From contig OZ271918.1 in assembly GCA_965602015.1 (NCBI GenBank), forward strand, positions 2,656,001 to 2,720,000: a stretch of 64,000 bases of DNA. Direction: 5' to 3'. Below the pieces are notes generated by a model. The model saw only the letters and a program-made list of their open reading frames with translations, made no database searches and had not been told where the DNA came from. How positions within the stretch are numbered: the first letter of the stretch is position 1; each line of letters opens with the position of its first letter. Below are positions 9,425 to 18,924 of the stretch, in pieces. The stretch is from Salinispira sp. Lineage in GTDB: Bacteria > Spirochaetota > Spirochaetia > DSM-27196 > Salinispiraceae. Made by a program: the position numbers and the translations under genes.

Positions 9425-11008
9425 CTAAAAATCGACGTATTCTATCACTGCGGGATCCCGATATTCCAGGAAGTATACCCGCTCGCCGACCGCGAGATCT
9501 CTGACCGCCAGACGTCCGGCACCTAAGCCTTCCCGCTGGGAAATCAGATTAAGGGCAGCATCAAACTTGTAGATTCCTCCGTCGGATCCTATGACAAAGA
9601 GGTTTCCGTCGCTGTCCACCGCCAGATCGCTGTTCCAGCCAACCTGAAAATCAATGCTGAGGTTATCGCCGGCGGTCGAGAAGCGGTACAAGGTGTCGGC
9701 GCTCGGGGATGCCAGGTATATAAAATCCGCACCGCTTGCGTTGTCCACCGCTACGATATGGGCATCTTCATCAAAATCAAAGCCCTGAACCGAGGCATCT
9801 CGGAATACCGACCAGCTGGTTCCGTCATATTGGATAATGTCGGTAAAGCTCGAACCGCCGTGAAAGTTGCCGGTGGTGAAATAGAGGCTTGATCCGATGA
9901 CTGCGGTATCAATTACTTCACTCAGACTGTCGGCCGGTGCCGCGAGGGTGGTAGCCGAATACGTGGCAGCGGCTGCGGCCAGGGTCCCGTCGGGGTTTAT
10001 GGGATGGACTGCGACCTGGCTGTCGTATGTTCTGTTGACGTACAGGGTATCGCCGTAAAGGTCCACGCCCCCGTACATCACCTGGCCGCCGGTGTAGGTC
10101 AGTTCGGTGGTGGGACTGAGGGTATCGAGATCGAGCCTTCGAACGACTGGAGTTCCCACGTTCTCGCCGTCATAAAACAGGGAATTAGACGCCTCATGAT
10201 ACACCAGCCCCCAGGTATCGCCGTCCATAAATGCCGAATCGTCATACACCTGGCCGTACTCAAATGTGGTAAAGCTGTGGATGATTTCCTCGCTGATGTT
10301 ATCCCCTGCGGCATTCCGGATTCCCGTGGCGAAGCGCACGGTATACTGCTCATTTCCGTACAGTTTGTTATCCGCAGTTCTTTGGTTCGCGGGAACTAGG
10401 AAGCCGATGGCCTGCAGATTCGGATCATTCCCCGTGGCCGTCGCGATATACTCGGTGGTATCTCCTTCCCGGCTGATAAAAACCTGGTTTTCGAAGGATG
10501 ACCATGTCATATTCTCCGAGAAATAAAATATCAACGTGCCGCTAACCGAGGCATCGGTAGCGCCTTCAGGGTGGCTCGAGTCGGTGATGCTGACCAGATT
10601 GCTGCTTGTGCCTTCGACCACGGTGATTCTCACGCTATCGGTAACCGTGTCGAACCGATCAGACACCAAAAGCCTGACGTCATAAATACCCACAACATCC
10701 GGGGAGAAACTGGCCCGGACATTTGCCTGACCAGTAATACTGTCGGACCTCAGGGCTGAGGCCGTGGGAAAAGAAACCAGTTCCCAGAGATACTCAATGT
10801 TGTCGCCGTCGGCATCGCTGCTGTTTCCCCCGTCGAGTTCGACGATGAGCCCGAGCTCAACAGTCTGATCTTCTCCGGCGTCGGCCACCGGTGAAATATT
10901 GGCGCCGACCAGAGTCGTCAGGAAATCACATGACGACAGCAGAGTGATCATCGCAACGGACAGAATGATTGTTGTAATACGAAGGTTTTTACGGGTTTTA
11001 CGGTTCAT
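9425..11008 (-). CDS. Surface lipoprotein: PKD-like + Ig-like (Big_5-type) + probable beta-propeller
   Basis: Lipobox LLSSC; PVADAGEDQTV..LDGGNSSDADGD..YLW; HPEGATDASVSGTLIFYFSENM; LAVDSDGNLFV. Confidence 0.75.
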   Translation of the reverse strand: MNRKTRKNLRITTIILSVAMITLLSSCDFLTTLVGANISPVADAGEDQTVELGLIVELDGGNSSDADGDNIEYLWELVSFPTASALRSDSITGQANVRASFSPDVVGIYDVRLLVSDRFDTVTDSVRITVVEGTSSNLVSITDSSHPEGATDASVSGTLIFYFSENMTWSSFENQVFISREGDTTEYIATATGNDPNLQAIGFLVPANQRTADNKLYGNEQYTVRFATGIRNAAGDNISEEIIHSFTTFEYGQVYDDSAFMDGDTWGLVYHEASNSLFYDGENVGTPVVRRLDLDTLSPTTELTYTGGQVMYGGVDLYGDTLYVNRTYDSQVAVHPINPDGTLAAAAATYSATTLAAPADSLSEVIDTAVIGSSLYFTTGNFHGGSSFTDIIQYDGTSWSVFRDASVQGFDFDEDAHIVAVDNASGADFIYLASPSADTLYRFSTAGDNLSIDFQVGWNSDLAVDSDGNLFVIGSDGGIYKFDAALNLISQREGLGAGRLAVRDLAVGERVYFLEYRDPAVIEYVDF

Positions 11009-11110
11009 ATTTCCCCCAGGTTCTCATCTCCAAACAGGAGTGCAAATTTATTACTATTCCAATCATATATCTCTCAAATAGCAATTTCCAGTGAGATTCG
11101 AAGGAGAAAT

Positions 11111-11136
11111 AAAAAAAAGCGGGAGATTTTCCCGCT
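11111..11136 (-). terminator. Rho-independent terminator after the DEAD-box helicase
   Basis: - strand AGCGGGA-AAATC-TCCCGCT followed by a T-run. Confidence 0.8.
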
Positions 11137-11169
11137 CTGGTGCATTGATAGACTGTTAACCTGTGGACA

Positions 11170-12915
11170 TTATGGTCGCCGGCCCTTGAAGTCGCCGCGA
11201 TGTTTTTTCCTGCCCTGGCGCTTACTGCCTCCACCTTGAGGAACGTACTTCGACGTTTTTCCCCCGCCGCGCCGGTCCGGCTCGGCCTGTACCGGTCGTC
11301 CACGAAAGTGAAACTCGTTAATCTTGGCCAGAACCAGGTCGGCATAATTCCGGTCGATCATAACCAGGGAAAAGCGCTCCTCGATGGTGATTTTTCCGAT
11401 TTCAATGTCACGCATCCGGGTGCTTTCGTTTATTAGAGCGATTATCTGGGGGGGATTGATGCGGTCCCGGCGGCCGAGACTGATTTTAATGGTGAGAAAG
11501 GAATCGTTGCCTTTTCGGCCCCGCCCCTTGAAATCCGGTGATGAACCGTGAAGCCGCCGCTCCTGACCGCCGGAATCCCGATGCTCCGGGGAGGGATTGA
11601 TGTCCGCGGCATTCTGGTAGTAGGAAAGAAAGCGGTTAAACTCCAGGGACACAAAGTGCTTCAGCAGTTCTTCCCTGTCGAAAGCCGCGAGCTTTTCTTC
11701 GATGAGCGCCATGTGCGGCCCGATGCGCTGTTCATCGACCTTCACCTCGTGAACCCGGTCTATGAGGTGAATAAGCTGCTGGCGGCAGATCTGCTCGCCG
11801 GTGGGCACCGGAACCTTGACCACCGAACCCTTCATCATGCGCTCGATGCGCTTGAGCTTACCCTGCTCCTTCATGTGAATAATGGCGACGGAAATTCCTG
11901 TGCGCCCCGCCCGGCCGGTGCGGCCGCTGCGGTGAACGTAATTCTCCGGCTCGTCGGGCAGGTCGTAATGGATCACATGGGTAATGGCATCGACGTCGAT
12001 CCCCCGGGCGGCCACGTCGGTGGCAACCAGTATCTGGATTGTTCGCTCGCGGAAGGATGCCATCACCTGATCGCGCTGGGCCTGGCTGAGATCGCCGTGG
12101 AGGGCAGCGCTGTTGTACCCGTCGCCGGCGAGCTGCTCTGCGGTGCGCTGGGTTGCGGCCTTGGTGCGGCAGAATACGATGCCATAGATGTTGGGACTGT
12201 AATCCAGGAAGCGTTTGAGGGCCTGGTATTTATCTTTGCTGTGCACCATGGCGTAGCGGTGTTCAATGGTGCCCGTGCTGCTGTTGGCCTTCCCGACAGT
12301 AACCTGCCGGGGTTCGCTCATATAGGTTTCAGCAATCCGGGCAACTTCAGGAGGCATGGTGGCGGAAAGCAGTATGACCTGCTTGTCCTCCGGGGTGGAT
12401 TCGAGAATCTGATCGAGCTCCTCTTTGAAGCCCATGTTGAGCATGATATCAGCCTCATCCAGAACCAGCTGATTCAGCGACGTCAGGTCAACGGCGCCCC
12501 GGCGTATCATGTCCGCCAGCCGGCCCGGAGTGGCCACCACCACCTGGCTGCCCCGCCGCAGCGAGCTGATCTGCGAGCGGATATCCGCGCCGCCGTACAC
12601 CGCAGTCACCCGGATTCCCGGAATATTCGCGGAAAAACGCTCCAGCTCGCCGCTGATCTGCAGGCAGAGCTCACGGGTCGGGCTGAGGATGAGGGCTGCG
12701 GGGGCTCCGGCAGCTGAGGGTGCCTTATGGATGATAGGAAGGCCGAACGCCGCGGTCTTTCCCGTGCCCGTCTGGGCAAGGCCGATAAAATCCCGCTTTC
12801 CGTCTTCCAAGAGCATGGGCAGGGCTTTTTCCTGGATTTCCGTTGCTTCCTGGAATCCCATGTCCTGTATTGCCTCGAGGATGGCGGGTTTGAGGGAAAA
12901 TTCGTTAAATTTCAT
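11170..12915 (-). CDS. deaD: DEAD-box RNA helicase with DbpA-type C-terminal domain (DeaD/CsdA-like)
   Basis: Q motif, AQTGTGKT, PTREL, TPGR, DEAD, SAT, ARGID, HRSGRTGRAG. Confidence 0.93.
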   Translation of the reverse strand: MKFNEFSLKPAILEAIQDMGFQEATEIQEKALPMLLEDGKRDFIGLAQTGTGKTAAFGLPIIHKAPSAAGAPAALILSPTRELCLQISGELERFSANIPGIRVTAVYGGADIRSQISSLRRGSQVVVATPGRLADMIRRGAVDLTSLNQLVLDEADIMLNMGFKEELDQILESTPEDKQVILLSATMPPEVARIAETYMSEPRQVTVGKANSSTGTIEHRYAMVHSKDKYQALKRFLDYSPNIYGIVFCRTKAATQRTAEQLAGDGYNSAALHGDLSQAQRDQVMASFRERTIQILVATDVAARGIDVDAITHVIHYDLPDEPENYVHRSGRTGRAGRTGISVAIIHMKEQGKLKRIERMMKGSVVKVPVPTGEQICRQQLIHLIDRVHEVKVDEQRIGPHMALIEEKLAAFDREELLKHFVSLEFNRFLSYYQNAADINPSPEHRDSGGQERRLHGSSPDFKGRGRKGNDSFLTIKISLGRRDRINPPQIIALINESTRMRDIEIGKITIEERFSLVMIDRNYADLVLAKINEFHFRGRPVQAEPDRRGGGKTSKYVPQGGGSKRQGRKKHRGDFKGRRP

Positions 12916-13029
12916 GATTGCGTCCTTTCAATACACCTGATGCATACGGGTCCGGTTCGTTCCGGCTGCCAGGCTCTGCTGCATCGATGTCCGAAGGGTA
13001 CGCATTGAGTTAGTGTGGTTATTTTTTTG

Positions 13030-13178
13030 TACTGCCCCGAAAACAGCTGATTTAAATCATCTTATCCGTTTGTGGAAGAGGATTTACCCCTGTTTCAATG
13101 CAAGCATCGCCCACGTTCAATCTAGTCGTTCTCACATAATGGTTTATTGCAGTAAAATCAGCTGTTTTCGGGGCAGTA
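13030..13178. mobile_element. MITE-like TA-flanked inverted-repeat element, long form
   Basis: Perfect 25-bp inverted repeats, GTACTGCCCCGAAAACAGCTGATTT (13029-13053) and AAATCAGCTGTTTTCGGGGCAGTAC (13155-13179); non-coding AT-richer interior; related copy at 25480. Confidence 0.7.
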
Positions 13179-13213
13179 CGTAATTTTTTAACTCACAGAG
13201 AGTTAGTGCCGGA

Positions 13214-13242
13214 TGTATACCCCTTCTGCACCGGAAGGTCAA
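13214..13242 (-). promoter_or_regulatory. Candidate sigma70 promoter for deaD
   Basis: - strand TTGACC-17 nt-TATACA. Confidence 0.4.
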
Positions 13243-13256
13243 GCGCCCGACCGGCG

Positions 13257-14684
13257 TCAGGGATTGATGATGATATCGATTTCCGCAAAGGCCTGTACGC
13301 CGTTATTATCGGTGACGGTGAGCCGGACAGTCCGGGTTCCAGCAGCAACGTAGGTGTGCTGCACAGAAGCGCCGGTCAGGGCAGGCGAACCGTCTCCGAA
13401 ACTCCACTGCCATTGATCGATGCTACCGTCCGAATCATCAGACGACGAGCCGTCGAACATCACCGGGACTCCGACAGTGCCCGTGTGCCCGTCGGCCGGC
13501 GAGGAAATTATGGCCGTCGGGGGGAAGTTTATATTAATCGATATATCCGCCTGGTCCTGAACGCCGTAGGCGTCCAGCACCGTCAGGACGACGGTGTAGC
13601 TGCCGCCTGCGGAATACCCGTGGGTTACCTGCTCTCCGCTTTTGACAATGCCGTCACCGAAATTCCATTCCCATAATATGATGCCGTCGTCGGGATCAGA
13701 AGACCCGGCGGCGTCGAAGGTGATCGGCGTCGCAATGTTTCCAAAGAAACCGTCGGCAGGCGAGGAAATGACGGCGGTGGGAGGAAGATTTATCCGCGGA
13801 GCCTGAATAAGCACGGTAATGCTGTCAGACGCGATATTTCCCTCGTTGTCCAGAACGCTCAAAACCACCGTATAGCTGCCCGGCTCGTCATAGCTGTGGG
13901 TCGCTGTCTCGCCGAATGCCATGTTCCCGTCAGCAAAATCCCAGATATACTCGCTGATTTCTCCGTCGCTGTCTGCGGATGCCGAACCGATAAAGGTGAT
14001 TTCCCGGCCGACCAGGGTAATTACATCGCTGCCCGCATCGGCTGCCGGGGGGGTCCCAGCGGGGGCCTGTATGGCTATGGTCCGGGATGTGCTGTGTTCG
14101 GCGCCGTCGTCATCGCGCACCGTGAGAATCACTTCATAATTGCCGGAAACTTCGAAGCGATGGCTTGCCGTACGGCCCAGGGCCTGGGAACCGTCTCCGA
14201 AGTCCCAGCGGTAGCTGACAATATCCCCGTCGGCATCCGAGGACGCGCCCCCGTCAAAACTGACCGGAAGGTTGACATAGCTGCTGGCTAGGGCGGTGAA
14301 TTGGGCGTTTGGATGTTCGTTTTCCATGAGCGCCGGAGAAACCGACAGGTAAAGAATGGCGCTTGACTGGGCTCCCTCATTGTCGGTAACCGTTAAGGTG
14401 ACTGTAAATGAACCGGTTTCGGGAAACCGGTAGGTCACGGTTTCTTCAGTCCGCTCGTCGCCGTTGCCGAAATCCCACAAATACCCTTCGATTGTCCCGT
14501 CGGGATCATTGCTTTCTTCGGCGGAAAAGATAAGCTCATCACCAAGGGTGATTGATATTTCATCAGAAGTGAACCCCGTTACCGCAGCCGAAGCGTTGGG
14601 CTTTTGATTGCCGAGGAGATCGCAACTGATCAGGGTAGCGGCGCAGATGATGCACAACGCTGTGTTTCGTACTATTTTTACCAT
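13257..14684 (-). CDS. Lipoprotein with five tandem PKD domains
   Basis: Lipobox TLISC; five copies of SxDxDG..WxFGD/NG...H.Y..G.YTVxLTVxD. Confidence 0.88.
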   Translation of the reverse strand: MVKIVRNTALCIICAATLISCDLLGNQKPNASAAVTGFTSDEISITLGDELIFSAEESNDPDGTIEGYLWDFGNGDERTEETVTYRFPETGSFTVTLTVTDNEGAQSSAILYLSVSPALMENEHPNAQFTALASSYVNLPVSFDGGASSDADGDIVSYRWDFGDGSQALGRTASHRFEVSGNYEVILTVRDDDGAEHSTSRTIAIQAPAGTPPAADAGSDVITLVGREITFIGSASADSDGEISEYIWDFADGNMAFGETATHSYDEPGSYTVVLSVLDNEGNIASDSITVLIQAPRINLPPTAVISSPADGFFGNIATPITFDAAGSSDPDDGIILWEWNFGDGIVKSGEQVTHGYSAGGSYTVVLTVLDAYGVQDQADISININFPPTAIISSPADGHTGTVGVPVMFDGSSSDDSDGSIDQWQWSFGDGSPALTGASVQHTYVAAGTRTVRLTVTDNNGVQAFAEIDIIINP

Positions 14685-14832
14685 GTGAGCTCCGGACCCC
14701 GTGTTGAGGAGATCTTTTTAAATATAGCCTGAAATGTTCGTAAATTCAGTAACAGATAACCAGGCTCCGACTGTTATACTACGAGACAACAGTCGATTCC
14801 AAGCTTTTTACCATAGACATTCGGAGGTCCTT

Positions 14833-15522
14833 ATGAAGAGCCCAGTTACCCGCCTTTCCGTTGCCGCCGCCGCACTGATTTTTCTCAGCTCATGCGTGAC
14901 GGTAAACCGCCTGGATGAATTTACCCTCAGCGGCAGCAGCATGGCGCCCAGAATATACACCCCCCCATTCGCCGAGGTGAATTTACAGCGGGGCACTATT
15001 CCCGGATCCGAAAACAGCACTCTTCTGGCAATCGTTGAAATTGGGGCAAATGTGGCAGTCGGTGTGCAGGAGCAAAAGCTCGAAGAACGGCTCAACAGCA
15101 TCCTCAGGGGCGAGGACCTGGAAGTGGCGCTGGAGACCGAGTTCGTACCGGAAACCGCCGTCACCCTGGACGCCATGACGATTAGCTCGACCTCGAGAGC
15201 CGATTATTTACTCGATGTTGAAGTGCGGGAATACGGAATTTATACTTCCGGCGGGGTGTATCTCAATATCAGTCTGGAGGCCCGGATCATTCACAACGCT
15301 TCGGGAGAAATCGTCTGGAGGCGCCGGCTCTCGGTTGATGAGGCCGCCAGCCCCTCGCTTTTTGGTATTAATGAATACGTTGGCACGGCAATCAACGTCG
15401 CCACCCTCGATGCCATGAGCGATGAGGAGTTGCGGGATGGTTTTCGCAGGCTCAGCGAACGGGCTGCATTCAATCTTTCAGAGCGTTTCCGGCGGGATTA
15501 CTACAAGGCCCTCAGGGGGTAG
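14833..15522 (+). CDS. Hypothetical lipoprotein
   Basis: GGAGG SD before ATG 14833; lipobox FLSSC. Confidence 0.7.
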   Translation: MKSPVTRLSVAAAALIFLSSCVTVNRLDEFTLSGSSMAPRIYTPPFAEVNLQRGTIPGSENSTLLAIVEIGANVAVGVQEQKLEERLNSILRGEDLEVALETEFVPETAVTLDAMTISSTSRADYLLDVEVREYGIYTSGGVYLNISLEARIIHNASGEIVWRRRLSVDEAASPSLFGINEYVGTAINVATLDAMSDEELRDGFRRLSERAAFNLSERFRRDYYKALRG

Positions 15523-15579
15523 AGAAATCCCGGCGGGGAATGCACAATATACAGGCACAACGAATAGCAAGGAGCACAT

Positions 15580-15750
15580 ATGTCTGAAAACAATAACAGC
15601 ATTTTTCTGGTGATCGCGGCGATTATTTTGCCGCCCCTGGCCGTGGGGATAAAGCGGGGAGTCAGCGGAGCCCTGCTGCTCAACATAATCCTGACCCTGC
15701 TTGGCTTCATTCCCGGTCTGGTACACGCGCTTATCGTCATTTTTAAGTAA
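15580..15750 (+). CDS. YqaE/Pmp3-family membrane proteolipid (56 aa, below the ORF-track cutoff)
   Basis: AAGGAG SD; MSENNNSIFLVIAAIILPPLAVGIKRGVSGALLLNIILTLLGFIPGLVHALIVIFK. Confidence 0.9.
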   Translation: MSENNNSIFLVIAAIILPPLAVGIKRGVSGALLLNIILTLLGFIPGLVHALIVIFK

Positions 15751-15835
15751 AAATCCAAATACCGGCGGGAGAAAATAAACCCTCCTTCCGGTACATAGCA
15801 GACCTCTCCAGCTCCTTCGATTATACTGTTGAACT

Positions 15836-16597
15836 ATGGACATATTTTGGACAGATAACCCAATCGAAGACGGCGGGAGGCTGCAAAAACAGTCTGAGAA
15901 TCTCAACATCATCATCAGCAGGCACGGTGACGAGCTAATGCTCGCCGGCTTGGGCCCGGAGGATCAGGATCTGGACGACGACGATATTCCCTGGCAGCGA
16001 TTCGTAACCGGCAGCGAGGAAATCGTAATCCGCTTTACTCCCCTTACCCCCGACAAACCTGTGGTGGTAAACCCCGAGTATCCCGTGCAGATTCTTCCGG
16101 GGCAAAGCGCCCGCTTTTTTATCCTGCTTCCCGCCTGGATCGAAGTGTCGGTGCAAAAGTCCAGTCCAGTGGTGCTCAGCGAAATCCCGTCGGCACTCCT
16201 GTCCGCCACCTGGTTCGGCGGACCGCTGGACGGAATCTTGAGCTACAGTCTTAACTCACCGGCCATTCGCCGCAGCGAAAGCTCCTCGCTTCCCACTCCG
16301 GGGGAACTGCAGATCATCACCCCTCTGTCCCTTCGAAACCGCTCCCAGGAACTATTGTCCCTTCAGGACCTAAACATCCACTGCGAACATTTGCGGGTAT
16401 ACCGGGGCGAAACCAGAAACTGGACCAACGAAATCCAAATTAGCTACTTCGGGGGCGAACAGCCCAGCAAGGTTTTATACGTGGAGAAACGGCCGACCTT
16501 CGAAGAAACAAGCAGGGAACACAGCGGTCCACGGATCAAAATCAGGCAGGATCCCCTGTCCAAGAGCTACAGCTTTTTGAAGAACTTCACCGCCTAA
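15836..16597 (+). CDS. DUF432-like protein
   Basis: PDKPVVVNPEYPVQILPG, TWFGGPLDGILSY; lies directly upstream of MscS, a typical context. Confidence 0.65.
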   Translation: MDIFWTDNPIEDGGRLQKQSENLNIIISRHGDELMLAGLGPEDQDLDDDDIPWQRFVTGSEEIVIRFTPLTPDKPVVVNPEYPVQILPGQSARFFILLPAWIEVSVQKSSPVVLSEIPSALLSATWFGGPLDGILSYSLNSPAIRRSESSSLPTPGELQIITPLSLRNRSQELLSLQDLNIHCEHLRVYRGETRNWTNEIQISYFGGEQPSKVLYVEKRPTFEETSREHSGPRIKIRQDPLSKSYSFLKNFTA

Positions 16598-16617
16598 GCG
16601 GTCATGAGGAACGAACT

Positions 16618-17520
16618 ATGCAAGCCTTAAATCTTGAAGGAATGATGACGACTCTCAGAGAGGACGTGTTTACTCCTGATTTCCTGGAAAAATTACTCGG
16701 CGTCGCGGTCATCCTGGTCATCGGATTCGCCATTCTCAACATCATCAAGGTCATCGTCATCCGAAACATCCGCCAGCGGCTCAGCGCTCAGACGGTCATG
16801 CTGACCCGAAAAATAATCATATACACCGGCGGTTTTTTCGTAATCTTCATCGCCCTTCGGGAGGCCGGTCTTGATCTCAACATCCTGCTGGGTACCGCGG
16901 GGGTCGCGGGTATCGCCATCGGTTTCGCCAGTCAGACAAGCATCGCAAACATCATCAGCAGCCTCTTTCTCATTTCTGAAAAACCCTTCGAGGTGAACGA
17001 CGTCATTAAAGTGGGTCAAACCAGCGGTATCGTCCTGTCAATCGACCTGCTGTCGGTGAAAATCCGCACCTTCAGCAACCAATTTATCAGGATCCCCAAC
17101 GAAACCATAATCAACTCCGAGGTGACGAACATAACCCGCTTTCCCATACGCCGGCTGGATATCGACCTCAAGGTTGGTTTTGACGAGGATGTCGGTCGGG
17201 TTCAGGAGCTGCTCATGGAAATCAGCTCCACCAATCCCAACTGTCTAGATAATCCCGCGCCGCTGTTTATCTTCAAAGGCTTCGGTGAAAGCGCGATTGA
17301 ACTGTTTTTCGGCGTGTGGTTTGAGAAGGCCAGCTATCTGGCTACGAAAAACAGCATCATGGTGGAAATTCAAAACCGCTTTCGGGAAGAAGGCATAGCC
17401 ATCCCCTACCCCGGAATCCGTGTGGTATCGGGCCACGAAGCGCCGGTGAACGATGGGTCGGTACTCGATGGGTCGGTGCATGATGCGTCGGCGGAAGTAC
17501 CTCAGCAGGAAAACCGATAA
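16618..17520 (+). CDS. mscS: Small-conductance mechanosensitive channel
   Basis: GTAGVAGIAIGFASQTSIANIIS, KPFEVND, IPNETI. Confidence 0.9.
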   Translation: MQALNLEGMMTTLREDVFTPDFLEKLLGVAVILVIGFAILNIIKVIVIRNIRQRLSAQTVMLTRKIIIYTGGFFVIFIALREAGLDLNILLGTAGVAGIAIGFASQTSIANIISSLFLISEKPFEVNDVIKVGQTSGIVLSIDLLSVKIRTFSNQFIRIPNETIINSEVTNITRFPIRRLDIDLKVGFDEDVGRVQELLMEISSTNPNCLDNPAPLFIFKGFGESAIELFFGVWFEKASYLATKNSIMVEIQNRFREEGIAIPYPGIRVVSGHEAPVNDGSVLDGSVHDASAEVPQQENR

Positions 17521-17538
17521 TAAGGGTATACTGTTCGC

Positions 17539-18906
17539 ATGGAAAAGCCAAAACCATGCACAGAACGGGAATACCGGGCATACCTCGATCAGCTTATTGA
17601 ATTCATCGCCATACCGTCGGTGTCCCGAGACCCTGAGCGCAGCGAAGATTGTGCCCGGGCCGCCCGCTGGCTCGCCGATGCCGTCGGCGCTTCCGGCAGA
17701 AATATCGAGCTCATCCCCCACGATCCCCACCCGGTGGTCTACGGCGAAATGGGCTCCATGGACCCCGATGCCCCGGCCGTTCTGGTCTACGGCCATTACG
17801 ATGTGGTATCCGAAGGAGCAACCTCGCAGTGGCACAGCCCCGCCTTCCGGGCCGATAAACGGAACGGCTTTCTCTACGGCAGGGGAGCCGCTGATATGAA
17901 GGGACCGCTGCTGGCCAGCCTATTCGCCGCAATCAGGGCCGTCGAAGCCGCCGGAGATGAATATCCATGGAAAATTATTCTGCTGTTCGAAGGCGCCGAA
18001 GAAGGGGGCTCGTGGAGCATCAGGAAAATCATCGAACAACACCCCGAGCGCATGAAGGCGAATTTCGCCTTCTCCGCCGACGCAGGCATGTATTCCTATA
18101 ATCAGCCTTCCCTGACGTTAAGCGTGAAGGCCCTCTGCGCCGTCAACTTCCGAATAACGGGCATGGAACGGGATCAGCATTCGGGAACCTTCGGCGGCGC
18201 CATAGACAACCCGAACCGCGTCATGGCCGGCATTATTGCCGGGCTGCACAACAAAGACGGCAGCATAACGGTGGAGGGGATGTACAACGATGTTCCGGAA
18301 ATTACCGATGAGCAGCGCCGGGATCTTGAGATACTCGGTATGGACGAGGAACACTTTTGCTCGGGAGCCGGGGTAAAAAGCCTGTGGGGTGAGGCGGGAT
18401 ACAGTCCCGCCGAGCGAGTCTTCCACAGACCGTCGCTGACGGTCACCTACATGGAGGGCGGACAGCCGATGAACATCATTCCGGCGAAGGCCTCGGCCAT
18501 GGTTTCGGTCAGGCTGGTTCCCGGGCAGGATGAGAAGCGGGCGCTGGCAGCCCTGGAGGCTCATCTTATGAAGGCTTGTCCGCCGCATATGACCCTCGAA
18601 ATAACCGGAAGCGGGTCCTACCCCGGCGCCTGGATAGACCGGAGCCACTTTGGGGTACAGGCCTTGTCCGGGGCCATGGAACGGCATTTTTCCAGGCGGC
18701 CCCTCATGGTTCCCGGGGGCGGTGGAATACCGGTAATTGCCTATATGCAGCAAATTCTCGGTATTCCCTCGGTGCTCACCGGAATCGCGGCGGTTGAGGA
18801 CAATATCCACGGAGCCGACGAACGGATTCATCTCGAAAACTGGCGCAGGAGCATAGACTCCTATGCGGATTTTTTCTCCATGCTCCCCGAAGCAGAGCCG
18901 GCCTAA
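17539..18906 (+). CDS. M20 family metallo-dipeptidase
   Basis: YGHYDV, GRGAADMKG, EGAEEGGS, HSGTFGG, HGADE. Confidence 0.9.
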   Translation: MEKPKPCTEREYRAYLDQLIEFIAIPSVSRDPERSEDCARAARWLADAVGASGRNIELIPHDPHPVVYGEMGSMDPDAPAVLVYGHYDVVSEGATSQWHSPAFRADKRNGFLYGRGAADMKGPLLASLFAAIRAVEAAGDEYPWKIILLFEGAEEGGSWSIRKIIEQHPERMKANFAFSADAGMYSYNQPSLTLSVKALCAVNFRITGMERDQHSGTFGGAIDNPNRVMAGIIAGLHNKDGSITVEGMYNDVPEITDEQRRDLEILGMDEEHFCSGAGVKSLWGEAGYSPAERVFHRPSLTVTYMEGGQPMNIIPAKASAMVSVRLVPGQDEKRALAALEAHLMKACPPHMTLEITGSGSYPGAWIDRSHFGVQALSGAMERHFSRRPLMVPGGGGIPVIAYMQQILGIPSVLTGIAAVEDNIHGADERIHLENWRRSIDSYADFFSMLPEAEPA

Positions 18907-18924
18907 AAGCCGGCCCCATTCCCG

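Noticed and set aside
11548..12717. 389-aa + strand ORF
   Set aside because: Antisense shadow of the DEAD-box helicase
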